The position numbers and the translations under genes are program-made. Of a DNA stretch of 64,000 bases, positions 40,170 through 51,417 are shown in pieces (the stretch's first letter is position 1; each line of letters begins with the position of its first letter). Below the pieces are notes generated by a model, which saw only the letters and a program-made list of their open reading frames with translations, was not told the DNA's origin and made no database searches. This stretch comes from Guillardia theta CCMP2712. Its lineage: Eukaryota; Protista; Cryptophyta. Where the stretch lies: positions 300,407-364,406 of the forward strand of contig NW_005434605.1 of NCBI RefSeq assembly GCF_000315625.1. Reading direction: 5' to 3'.

Positions 40170-40831
40170 ACGCAGCGCAGCATACTCAGCAAATTGCGAC
40201 GCGGCACCTTTCGAAGTGATCGGTGGTACCGAGATTTCTCCAGTACTTCGCCTCCTTCATGATATGTCAGCAACTACCACAGCATATCATTACAATACCC
40301 ATAGGCCGGCATGACAATTCCGCAGAGATTCCTTTCCAATTCTTTTTGCCTAGATTCTGTCAGTTCGCGATCAGATCACGGTTTGAGTAAGACTGTCATA
40401 GAAGTGAGAAATATTAGGTAGGCTGGGGGGGGGGGGGGAGGGGATGAGTGGCCATTGTACAAGCTAAGTGAAACGAGAAGCCTTTGATCAAGACGTGGAA
40501 GGCGTATGATTTCTCAATAAAGCTCGGTCTTTCAAATTGTAAGAAGGTGCAAGATGAATCAGTCTAAGTGATAACTCATCAGTATTGATGCACAGCCTGG
40601 GGAAGGAAACACAATCGGTGAGTGGCGGGAAAGCATAGGTGGAAGCGAGGGGCGATTATGTGAAGTAGGTGTATGAAGAGAAAGGAAAGAACGCGGAGAG
40701 AACCAAAGATGGATAGAACACAATCCAACAAACCACAGCAAAGAGAAGAATGATAATGAAGGGGGTGCCACGGGCAGTGGAATTGGAACCGGGGGGGGGG
40801 GGGGGAGGGGGGGGTAGGAACGACGAAACGG

Positions 40832-40931
40832 NNNNNNNNNNNNNNNNNNNNNNNNNNNNNNNNNNNNNNNNNNNNNNNNNNNNNNNNNNNNNNNNNNNNN
40901 NNNNNNNNNNNNNNNNNNNNNNNNNNNNNNN
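40832..40931. other. Assembly gap (N)
   Basis: Run of N. Confidence 1.
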
Positions 40932-41369
40932 GAAGAGGAGGAGGAGGAGGGAAGAGGAGGTGGAGGCGGAGAAGGAGAAGGAGGAGCAGGGAGGAGCAGG
41001 GGAGGAGGGAGGAAGAGGGAAGAGGAGGAGAGCACCAGAAGAGCAGGGGAGGAGGGAGGAGAGGAAGGAAGGAGAAGGAGGAGGGTTGGCGGGTGTGCGG
41101 GCGGGGAAGCGGGTGGGAGGGGAGAGCGCGGGAAAGATTTCGGAAAAAGGGGAATAGAATATAGTATTGTATATTGGATACTGACCGCATGATTGCAACT
41201 ATTTGAAGTTTATTGGGATTTTCTTAACTGAATTTTATAGTTTACTGATCATTCTGTCCCTTCGGCAAATAAAGATTCGTGGAAAAGGGTGGGGTACTCG
41301 ACAGGCCCGGTACGGGTGGGGGTACTTCACTCAGGAAGGTTTGGGGAGTACCCAAGAGACACCGCCGAC

Positions 41370-42045
41370 ATGCTCGCTAGATTCGTGACGGTCAGTCGCC
41401 CATGGAGGAGGAGGGAGCGGAGGGGGAGAAGAGGAGGGGAATTCTATGGTGGAGGAGGAAGACTGTATTATGGGGCAATGGGGGAATGGTGAAAATGAGA
41501 AGGCCAGGGATGGTCTTGAGGGAAAGACGGTGGGGATGGTTTTGTCGTTTTTTGTTGTTGTTGGTCGCGGCGGTTACGTATGCAAATGCGTTTATTCGTG
41601 CTTAAATTGTCTTGTGATGCTGGATATCTCATGTTTTCTTATGATTGTTTGCTGGTCTTATTTTGGATCCAACAGCCCTCTGGAAGAATGCTCTTCGCCC
41701 AGCCTGTGATTGTTCCAGGAGAAGTCCTGTTGAACGGAACCTGCGTAAGATGTTGATGACTCTTAGGCGACGCTGACCTTGTCATTTTTTCTTTGTACAG
41801 AACTCCATGCCGGGATGGGATCCCATGTAAATCTGATTGTTGATCCTGTGTGCCATGTGACCGCCGTACAGGGGCATGTGGAACCCGACCGACTATCACT
41901 CCGATCCTGACTGCCGCCTCAACCCCATGTACAACGAGCGCGGCATGGGTGAAGGTGTGTGCACGACATCCTATGCCTGCAGTTGAAACTCACAGTCATT
42001 TCCCGTGTGCTTGCAGGCGCTTCGTACGGTGGCCAGTACCACTAA
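41370..42045 (+). CDS. 75-aa microprotein, 5 exons (not in the ORF track)
   Basis: Exons 41370-41390, 41676-41744, 41801-41826, 41872-41954 and 42017-42045 join through canonical GT-AG introns with no stop. GGGGTA motifs lie upstream and AATAAA at ~42115. Confidence 0.7.
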
Positions 42046-42504
42046 AAGCTACAACTAAGTGCCATTTCAAGTGCATTGGTCCAAAGAAGAGCGCAATTCG
42101 TTTGTTTATGAGACAATAAATCGGTAATGAAAACAGGAGGTTTTGATTCTCAATGCTGTTAAATTTGGTTTGGACAAGACTTGTCGGAACGACAGATTTC
42201 ATCGTGGCAACGAACATATCATCTCTCGAAACTTGAGATACATTCATCGGTGGTTGTCGATCCCTGTCTCTATGTGGTCCGATCATGTTGTTGGCAGATT
42301 TGATCTAATAATCACCCGCGCTTCTAGTACATGACGACCATGGTTTTGCTGATGCCGACCATGGCTGTCGTCGTTACAGCCGTGACTCCTGACTCGTGTG
42401 ATTCTTCTCCTCTGAGTCTTGCTGCCTCCAAGGGGACTGGCACAGACCATCAGATAGTCAAAGTGGTACCAGTGTTGTTGCTGGTACTACAGCTAAAGGA
42501 GATG

Positions 42505-42840
42505 GAGACTCGAAGCTCAGCCGGCCGCCGGCGGCCGCGCGGCCGGGCAGTGACTGCGGCAAGGAGCCTGATGCCCGAGAGAAAGGACAGACCGTACTCT
42601 GAAACATCGGCTGTCAGTTACCACAAACGCCGGTCAACTCAGTATGCCTCTGGCACGGGGCCCGGCTGGCACCGTCGCCGGGGGGGCCGCCGCGCGGACT
42701 CCGGTCAACCGTTGACCAGTGTCAGCCGCGCGGCGTGACAGTGATCGGACGGCCCGCGGCGCGGCCCGGCCGCCCGGCCGCGCCGTACTAGGCTACCGCC
42801 GGTGCACCCGGCCGCCCTCATCGGGTGGTTACCTACCGTT
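42505..42840. promoter_or_regulatory. CpG/GC-rich intergenic island 2
   Basis: ccggccgccggcggccgcgcggccgggCAGTGAC..., gtgacagtgaTCGGAC..., cggcccggccgcccggccgcg. Confidence 0.5.
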
Positions 42841-43149
42841 ACAAAATGCAGGCTTGCTGCGACATGTGAGGAGCAAGGAGAAACCGGGGCGAGAAGTGAA
42901 GAGAGAGAGGAATGAGGAAGAGAAGACGCGAGAGCAAATGAGAACGATAAGGTAGGAGGAACAACTGAACAAGGAAAGTTAGGAGAGTAATTTTCGACAA
43001 ACTATGGACAAAAAGCATTGAAAGCAACGAACGCTTGTTCGAGTCGAGAGTCTTTTCTTTGTCTGTCTCTTTTCAACATACTTACTGGTACAATTATGGT
43101 CAGGTGTTAGTTTCTGAATATCAAGTCTTGTGCTCTATTATAGTTTGGA

Positions 43150-45763
43150 ATGGATCCCATCGCCAAGATCAAAGAGGAGTACGAGGCTAGGAAACGAAAG
43201 CTGCAGGAGATTGCTACCACTGCCGTGCCGAACGAGGGGACCGAGAAGAAAAAGAAAGTATATTTAACGAAAGGGCAAGCCAAGAAACTACTGTAAGTTG
43301 TTTGAGATGATATTTTTCCGAAGTGCGCTAGCGCTTATGCTATTTCATCTCTGACAGGGAACAATCAACTTCATCGCAAACACAGGAAAGCAGCGACAGC
43401 GCCAACAAAGAATCAGCATCAGCCGACTCACAGCAACTTGAAAACGGGGGTGGGCAAACCACAAAGAAATGGATCCCGAAGGAAGAGGTGGTGCGCAGGC
43501 TCAGGGCGCTGAGGGCGCCTATCACGATCTTTGGAGAAAATGACGAGGAAAGGATCATCCGTTTGAGGAAACTGGAGCTTTCTCGTCCAGATGAGGAGGA
43601 GGAGACACGGGGGCAGAAGAACTTCCTCCTGGAGGAGAAGAAACGAGAGAAGGAGAAGCTTCTGGAGGGAGATTCATCGGCGGAGGACGAGCTGACACCA
43701 GAGCAGAAGCGAGAGAAGAAGATGAATCGTTTGCAGAAGTACGTCCCTCTTGCTCTTCACTTGCATCCTCACTCTTGCTTCGTCAGACTGAGATCCAGGG
43801 AAGACGAAGCCTTGAAGTCGCAGAACAAGCATGACCTGATCAGCACTTGGCTGCGGCGCTGCCTCAAGGAATGGGAGATTGACATCGACGATCTGCCAGA
43901 TGAGGTGAGTTGGCATGCTCTTGTATGACGGCTGACTTGAGCTGCAGTTCTCCAAGACCGTGAAAGGGCGGCAGGAGATCAACACGTTCAAGCAGACTAA
44001 GGTACGCAGAATGTGTGGCTCCGTGGGCATGTCCCTTGTGTTGACTTGATTCATGGCAGATTTACTTGAAGCCTTTGTTCAAGATGCTCAAGACAAGAAG
44101 TTTGGAAGGAGATATCCTGGTGAGAGATGCTTCTTCGGTTCTACAGCATGAGGACATTTCATGCCCTTCACATTCCCATCTCGATCCTCCGCCTTCTCCT
44201 GACCTCCTTCTGCCCGAACCCTTCTGTTCATGGACCATGACTGTTCCACATGCCAGGAACGTCTCGGAGAGATCATCAAATGGTGCCGAAGACGTGAGTA
44301 CACCAAGGCGGCGGACGAATACCTCCTCCTGTCCATCGGCAAGGCGGTGATGCTACCACGTGCTATCTCCTCGTCTTGACGAGCATCAAGGCCTGGCCCA
44401 TGGGAGTGACCATGGTTGGTATCCACGAGCGCTCAGCAAGAGAGAAGATCTTCTCTCAGGTGAGCTCTCGGGATTGCGCGCGGGGTGCGTGGGGTGGGGG
44501 GGGGTCTGAGAGCCGGGGTGGCAGGACGTGGCCCACATCCTCAACGATGAGACTCAGAGGAAGTTCATCCAGTCGGTCAAGCGCCTCATGACTTACAGCC
44601 AGAACAAGTACCCCCCAGCAGCTTCACCAAGGCCATCGAGCCCACCTGCATCGACCAGCACGCCCCGAGCTACCTTCGAGAGGTGACAGCCCTGCAGTCC
44701 TCTCCCAGCCCTCCCCCTCCCCCNNNNNNNNNNNNNNNNNNNNNNNNNNNNNNNNNNNNNNNNNNNNNNNNNNNNNNNNNNNNNNNNNNNNNNNNNNNNN
44801 NNNNNNNNNNNNNNNNNNNNNNNNNNNNNNNNNNNNNNNNNNNNNNNNNNNNNNNNNNNNNNNNNNNNNNNNNNNNNNNNNNNNNNNNNNNNNNNNNNNN
44901 NNNNNNNNNNNNNNNNNNNNNNNNNNNNNNNNNNNNNNNNNNNNNNNNNNNNNNNNNNNNNNNNNNNNNNNNNNNNNNNNNNNNNNNNNNNNNNNNNNNN
45001 NNNNNNNNNNNNNNNNNNNNNNNNNNNNNNNNNNNNNNNNNNNNNNNNNNNNNNNNNNNNNNNNNNNNNNNNNNNNNNNNNNNNNNNNNNNNNNNNNNNN
45101 NNNNNNNNNNNNNNNNNNNNNNNNNNNNNNNNNNNNNNNNNNNNNNNNNNNNNNNNNNNNNNNNNNNNNNNNNNNNNNNNNNNNNNNNNNNNNNNNNNNN
45201 NNNNNNNNNNNNNNNNNNNNNNNNNNNNNNNNNNNNNNNNNNNNNNNNNNNNNNNNNNNNNNNNNNNNNNNNNNNNNNNNNNNNNNNNNNNNNNNNNNNN
45301 NNNNNNNNNNNNNNNNNNNNNNNNNNNNNNNNNNNNNNNNNNNNNNNNNNNNNNNNNNNNNNNNNNNNNNNNNNNNNNNNNNNNNNNNNNNNNNNNNNNN
45401 NNNNNNNNNNNNNNNNNNNNNNNNNNNNNNNNNNNNNNNNNNNNNNNNNNNNNNNNNNNNNNNNNNNNNNNNNNNNNNNNNNNNNNNNNNNNNNNNNNNN
45501 NNNNNNNNNNNNNNNNNNNNNNNNNNNNNNNNNNNNNNNNNNNNNNNNNNNNNNNNNNNNNNNNNNNNNNNNNNNNNNNNNNNNNNNNNNNNNNNNNNNN
45601 NNNNNNNNNNNNNNNNNNNNNNNNNNNNNNNNNNNNNNNCCCAGCCGCCATCCCCGCTCTGCTCCCCCCGCTCTCTCCATAGCCAGCTAGGAGAAGGACG
45701 ATGCCAAATGACATGCTCCTGCAGATTGGCAAGATCGAGGCAGAGGGGATCTGGAAGAAGTGA
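43150..45763 (+). CDS. PRP18: Pre-mRNA splicing factor PRP18, multi-exon; last exon probably beyond the gap
   Basis: [18 protein letters not shown] (PRP4-like motif), [19 protein letters not shown]|[43 protein letters not shown]. Confidence 0.92.
44724..45639. other. Assembly gap (N)
   Basis: Run of N. Confidence 1.
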
Positions 45764-45889
45764 GAGAGGAGCACGCGTCGTAGTCGCCCTTGAATGAAAT
45801 GATCGCCATGAACTTTGAAACCTCACCGCCTCCCCTGTTCGCAAGCTCGTTACTCACGTTCCTCCTCCATGCCCCCATTCCCTCTTCCT

Positions 45890-45990
45890 CCCTCCTTCTC
45901 CCCGTCCCTCCTTCTCCCCGTCCCTCCTTCTCCCCGTCCCTCCTTCTCCCCGTCCCTCCTTCTCCCCGTCCCTCCTTCTCCCCGTCCTTG
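45890..45990. repeat. Tandem minisatellite, unit ~tccttctccccgtccc
   Basis: About five to six tandem copies visible. Confidence 0.85.
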
Positions 45991-46235
45991 CCCCGCCTCG
46001 CTGCTCCTTCCAAGGAACGGCATTTCCTAGTTTTCCTCCCAACAAAAAAATTCCAACTGACCGCTTGCCTTCCCCCACCCTCCGCCCCCTGCCTCCCGCT
46101 CCCCATCCCGACGCCCCCCTCCCCCTCTGCTACCTTCTCCTGTCCTGTCTCTGACTACCTCGCCTGACCTACACCTCTTCCTCACCTGCTGCCTGCTTGC
46201 TCTGCTCTCCCCGCCTTCTCTCCCTTCTCCCCCTC

Positions 46236-47303
46236 ATGTCGTGGGGAGGGAACAAGCCAAGCATGGCGGGAGCTGCCACGAAAGCTTTCCGAGAAGGGGA
46301 TACGCAGAAGCTGAGAGAGGTCCTCTCGTCCAGCGACGACATCTCCTTCCTCTCCAACAGCCCCGAGCCTCTTGCGTGCCTGGCCGCTCGACAAGGAGCC
46401 ATCGACATGCTGGATGTGATCCTAGGAGTGGACCCATGGAGCGCCATCGCCATGGACGCAAGCTTTCGCACGCCCCTGCATCATGCGTGCATGCACGGCC
46501 ATAGGGAGGCGGCGCGGATGCTGCTGGAGCGGAAGCCGGCGAGGGTGGCATGCGGCATCATGATGAAGCAGCAGGACGACTTCAAGGTGCTGGTCCTGCC
46601 TCCCCTCCCCATGCTCTGTGCTGAGTGAGATGGTTTCCAGATGACGCCGATCACATGTGCCATCCTCTCAGGCAGGGAGGAGGTGGTGGAGGACATGCTG
46701 GAGGCTGGCTCCTTCTCGGGCGTCGACCTCCCCACCAAGGATGGGCTGTTCCCTCTGCAGCTGGCATGCAGCAAGGGCATGCCGCGAGTGCTGTCGAGCC
46801 TCTGCTCGCAGCCGCATGGGAAGGATCTGGCGCAGAAGCTGGACAAGGATGGGTTCTCCCTCCTCCACCGAGCTGTGATGGAGGGCCACAACAACATCGC
46901 CAAGATGCTGCTGGAGGAGAAGCTCTGCCCTCCTGCCCTCCTCGACGCCTCGGGCACCTCCGCCATGGAGCTCGCGGTCAGCCTGGGGCACGTGGATGCT
47001 GCCTGGATGATGCACAGCTTCGTGCCGCTAGAGGTGGCGCGGGAGAGCATGAGAGACCTGCTGCAGCGCAAGATCGAAGAGGAGACGAGGAGTATGTTTG
47101 GGTGTGAAGTGGCCTCTTTCGAAGTGAGCGCGTACCAGGAGGGGGAGCTGGTGGAGGAGGTCTGCACGGGGGTGAAGGAAGGGGAGGTTTGGATGGCAGT
47201 GCTGAACATATTCCCGCACGGGCAGGACAGTCTGATGCAGATCGATGTGAGTGTGGAGGAGGAGGAGTATCTCCTAGTGGTAGCGCGGACTTACCGCGGG
47301 TGA
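46236..47303 (+). CDS. Ankyrin-repeat protein (2 exons)
   Basis: RTPLHHACMHGHREAARMLLE, MTPITCAILSG, LFPLQLACSKG and FSLLHRAVMEGHNNIAKMLLE. Confidence 0.9.
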
Positions 47304-47521
47304 GGACAAAGGAATGAGCCCCCAAACTCCGCAAGAGGCCTCCTCCTCCTCCTCCTCCTCCTCCCCTTGTGCTTCCTCCTCCCTCGGGCTCAGAGGCTCG
47401 TGCTCTTGTTCTAGCTTATACAGACCTCGACATCCTGCTCTACGGTGAAAGGAACTTTTATTGCTGCTCGTCACCTTGCTCCGACATCGTCCGCCTCCCC
47501 CGCCCCCCAGCTCCTCCCTGA

Positions 47522-49008
47522 TCAGACGACCTGGGACAGGAACTCTTTCCTCCGGGCCAGGAACGTGTCGCGGATGTAGGAGCAGGAGGGGATCACTCTC
47601 ATCGACCTCGCAGAGCAGTACTCGAAGGCAGCGACACAGAGCTTCTCTGCTATTCCCCTCCCTCTGAGAGCAGAGGGAGTGAAGGTATGCTCCATGTCCA
47701 TAACCGTCTTCCCGTCCTTCTTCCTCAGCCTGTAGGTCAGGAGGGGTGCATCCTCGCTGCTGGCCCCAGGGACGAGCATCACGAACCTGCTGCTCTCTGG
47801 CTCATGCCGGATGCCGTCAGGAGACGAGGAGGCGGCGCCTGCCTCCTGGCATGCTGCCTCCGTCTCTCCCTGCTCCCCCTCCCCGTCCTCCGGTGAAAGA
47901 GCCGTGAAGATGGGTGAGTGGTCGCTCCCGAAGAAGCTCTCCCTTTTCCTGCCCCTCCCGACCACGCAGCTCTCCCTCACCCGCTTGCCGAGGCTCGTGG
48001 ACAGCAGGCAGTAGTCTATCCTCATCCCCCGGTTGTGATACTTGTCCGTCAGGTGCGCTGACCCCGCCACGTCCATGCAGGATCGTCCGAGGATGTGAAC
48101 TCCTCAGGGCTGTGCAAGAGGCGGAAGGCGTCCACCAGCGATCCCTCCTCCAGCACCTGGCTGAACCTCTCCTGCTCGTTGGCTGTGAAGCCAGGCTGAC
48201 CCGCATCGCCGCTCGAGGGCTTCGCTGCCGATCGATCGCGATCGTTCCTCTGCGACCGGAAGAAGTCCGGATGAGTGACATCACAGTCCTTGTGTGCCAC
48301 GTTCATGTCCCCCACCCACGCGACCTCCATCCCCCGCTCCCTGCATGTCCTCACGAAGCTCAGCAGCCTCGTGTCCCACTCTCGCCTCTTGGCGAAGTTG
48401 CTCTCCTCCTTCCATCCATTGTTGGGTGCATACGTGTTCACCACAAGCAGCTCCTTCCCATCGTCCTTCACGAACTTCGCCATGCAGACTCTCCCGTTCT
48501 CGTCGTGCTCCTGCCCGAGGTCCAGGTTGTAGTGGAACGACACAGGTTTCCTGATGCCTTTGCGGATCATCAACGCAGTTCCTGCATACCTCCAGTCAGC
48601 GAGGGACCACCTAACGACATAGTTGCTGAGGGGCTCCTTTCTGAGCGCGCTCGCCACCAGCTCAAGCTCCTCCTTACACTCCTTTTCGTTGTCACGAGGA
48701 GAGCCTCGATCGCGCTTCCTCCCATCCCCGCGCTTGGAACCAGGAGGAGCTGACGCGACCATCCTGACCTCTTGCAGCGCGATGACGTCAGGCTCGAGCT
48801 TGAGGACGAGGTCACAAAACCCTCTCATGTTCTCCTCCTCTTTGCATCGGTTCACCAGACTGTTGGCGTTCCAGGAGAGGAAGGAGCGAGGAAGTCTACC
48901 TGAGGATGCTGACGATGTATCGCTCTCTTCCACCTCTTCCTCTCTCCTCCTCTTCTGCTCCTCCTCCCTCGCCTCCCCATCGCCCGCTCGCTTTAGGAAC
49001 TTAAGCAT
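47522..49008 (-). CDS. APE1L/ExoIII-family AP endonuclease fused to a C-terminal small GNAT (YjdJ/NATD1-like) domain; 1-nt frameshift at ~48062-48065
   Basis: LSWNANSL, PDVIALQEVR, YAGTALM, NTYAPNNG, WVGDMNVAH, PGFTANEQERF, LVDAFR, WTWRG/GMRIDY and GSDHSPI, then MDMEHTFTPSALRGRGIAEKLC..VIPSCSYI. Confidence 0.88.
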
Positions 49009-49325
49009 GTTGGATCCTGTAAATTTCCTGTGATACTCCATGGTGATTAAAACGCTGGTTATATTTTGATGTTTATTGACTGTAATTTGAAATTTTAAAG
49101 AAATATTGTATAATCCATCGTTTACATGAGGTTCAATTTGACCCTCTGGCGGTCTCAGGACACGGTATAAAGGAGGACCAGTAGCGACGCAGGTGAGCAA
49201 GGACTGGTGAGAGAGGGAGGAGGTGGGGGGAGGAGGACGAGGAGGACGAGGAGGACGAGGAGGACTGGATGAGGAGGACTGAGGCAGCTACAGGCGTATG
49301 GAGAGCAGGCGATCGTAGGCATAGC

Positions 49326-50555
49326 ATGGAGACTGCACACATCTGCGTTATTGGAGATGCCTTCGTCGATATCCTCGCCTGCCCCCTCGATCGCATGCCT
49401 TCATGGGGGTCGGACGTGGATTGTCCGTCCATCTCCCAGCATCCCGGAGGATCTGCGCTGAACGTCGCCATTCACCTTGGCGAGCTCCTCCGAGGCACCC
49501 CCCACACCTGCTCTTTCTACGGGCTCGTGGGGGACGACGAGTTCGGGCGCTTCCTTCGTTCCAAGCTGGCCGACTCCAACGTTGAAGACAGGACGCAGAG
49601 CTCGGGAGACTCTGAGGCCTCGACCGGCGTCTGCATCGTCCTGTCGGGAAGCAACGACCGTGGCTTCGTCACCCACGTCGGCGCTACCAGCAAGCTAGGG
49701 GTTGGGCACCTGCAGGAGATCCTCGAGGTGGACTGCAGGAGGAAGAGGCTTCACGTGCATGTGTCAGGGTTCTACTCCTGCCCCTCCCTCCAGCAGCAGC
49801 TCCCCGCGTTCCTGGACAAGCTGAGGGAGGAGGCGAGCAGCAACTCCTGCAAGCTCACCATCTCCCTGGACACCAACGGCGACGCCTCGGACCTCTGGGA
49901 CTGCGGGGTCGCTCGGGTGCTCGAGCGCGTCGACTTCTTCCTCCCCAACGAGGTGGAGGCATCGGGAATCGCTCGGAAGCTGATGAACGAGAGCGAGGAC
50001 TGCAGCGACCAGCTCCTTGAGCTGGAACGTGCAGCCCAGTGCCTAGCGGGCAAGGTGCAGGATGCGGTCGTGATCACATGCGGGAAGGAAGGCTGCATCT
50101 CCCAAACAAGGACAGGAGCAGGCGCTAGCGCTCCTCCCACCCGATGGAGCGCTCCGTCGGGGATAGTACCTGTAGACGCTACAGGAGCTGGTAAGGTAAA
50201 GACTCCAGCACTGTATCCTCACACCCGGTGCTGTACAGGCGACGCGTTTGACGCGGGATTCATCTACAGCATGGTGGTCAGCGGAGGTGACTAGGGAGGC
50301 GCAGAGGACTGAAAGCTCGGGAAGGAGCTGACGGTGTTGCTGGTCGCAGGCTCCTTAGCCAACGCCATCCAGGCGGGGTCCTGCACTGGAGCTTACTGCA
50401 CACAGCACAAGGGAGCAAACTCTCGTCCGGTGAGACCAGCGGAGGGAGCGGCAGAAGGAGACGTTGACATGTTGTCGATGATATGTAACGGGTTGCTGCA
50501 GATGTCGAGCTCACAACTTGCGGAGATGGTGCAGGAGAAGTTCAAGGCATGTTGA
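49326..50555 (+). CDS. PfkB-family carbohydrate kinase
   Basis: VIGDAFVDI, PGGSALNVA, GLVGDDEFGRFL, VDFFLPNEVEA, VITCGKEG and VDATGAG|DAFDAGF. Confidence 0.92.
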
Positions 50556-50618
50556 CTTTCCTATTTACTCAGAGCAAACCTAAAGATATGACGAATTGAA
50601 GATCGACTAGCTAGAGTA

Positions 50619-51407
50619 TCACAACCTGAGAGGAAGTTCCGGCCAGAGCACGGGCTTCCTTTGACTGCAATCCAAGTCGAACATCGCATTCAAATGAGCG
50701 TTCTGTGTCTCAATCACCTGGGTGCCATCCTTGCCGAAGAGCTTGATCAGAATTTCGCGCGGAACCTCATTGTCCTGATCAATTGCTGCCAGCATGTCCT
50801 GCTCAAAAGGAACAAAAGCTTGTCTGCCCTTTTGAGACTTAGCACCTCCCTTGCCGTTCCCTTTCGCGCCACGTCGCTGCTCCTTGCCATCCTGCGGTTT
50901 CTTCGTCGCTTTCATCACTTTCGAAGCGCTCGCAGACATTTCCACCCATGCATCTCCGTCCCCGAACCACAGCCTCCCATCTTCACTGTGGTACTGCTGC
51001 TTCGCTGGACCATAGGAACCCTTCACGTCTCTACACCAGTACAGCCCCCGCGAGTCTCTCCAGTAGATGCATCCGTCAACGGCAGCTCTGTCAGCGAAGG
51101 AGAAATCCTCATATCGTTGCCACTGGATGCCGTCCCAGAAGAAGAGAGCACCAGGAATGCCACTGTAGTACCCCAACGAGTCCATGCACCAGCAGCGGTT
51201 CTCAGAATCCATCCATCGTTGGCATCCATCGTTCGAAGGAGATATGGCCTGTCCCAGCGCCTGAACAGAAAAATTGAAACTTTCGCTCATGATTACAATG
51301 ATCCACTTTACTTGTTTTGACAAATCCCACCTCGGTAAAACCTCTTTCCAGTATTTCTTCACTCTTTCGATCCCCAAACTCGAAATCCCAACCAGTCCAC
51401 CCGTCAA
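50619..51407 (-). CDS. Gemin8-like protein (SMN complex); start unresolved
   Basis: C-terminus KLFGKDGTQVIETQNAHLNAMFDLDCSQRKPVLWPELPLRL* resembles the Gemin8 end (LYG..I..E..Q..FD..CD...P..WPVIPLK). Confidence 0.6.
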   Translation of the reverse strand: MTGGLVGISSLGIERVKKYWKEVLPRWDLSKQVKWIIVIMSESFNFSVQALGQAISPSNDGCQRWMDSENRCWCMDSLGYYSGIPGALFFWDGIQWQRYEDFSFADRAAVDGCIYWRDSRGLYWCRDVKGSYGPAKQQYHSEDGRLWFGDGDAWVEMSASASKVMKATKKPQDGKEQRRGAKGNGKGGAKSQKGRQAFVPFEQDMLAAIDQDNEVPREILIKLFGKDGTQVIETQNAHLNAMFDLDCSQRKPVLWPELPLRL

Positions 51408-51417
51408 AATTCAAAAT

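Noticed and set aside
42140-42260. Cys-spaced peptide (minus strand) resembling an AWS/pre-SET domain
   Set aside because: Interrupted by stops and lies in or near the 3' region of the plus-strand microprotein gene.
44593-45844. Long ORFs of 335-406 aa in the ORF track
   Set aside because: They are artefacts of translating the N gap.
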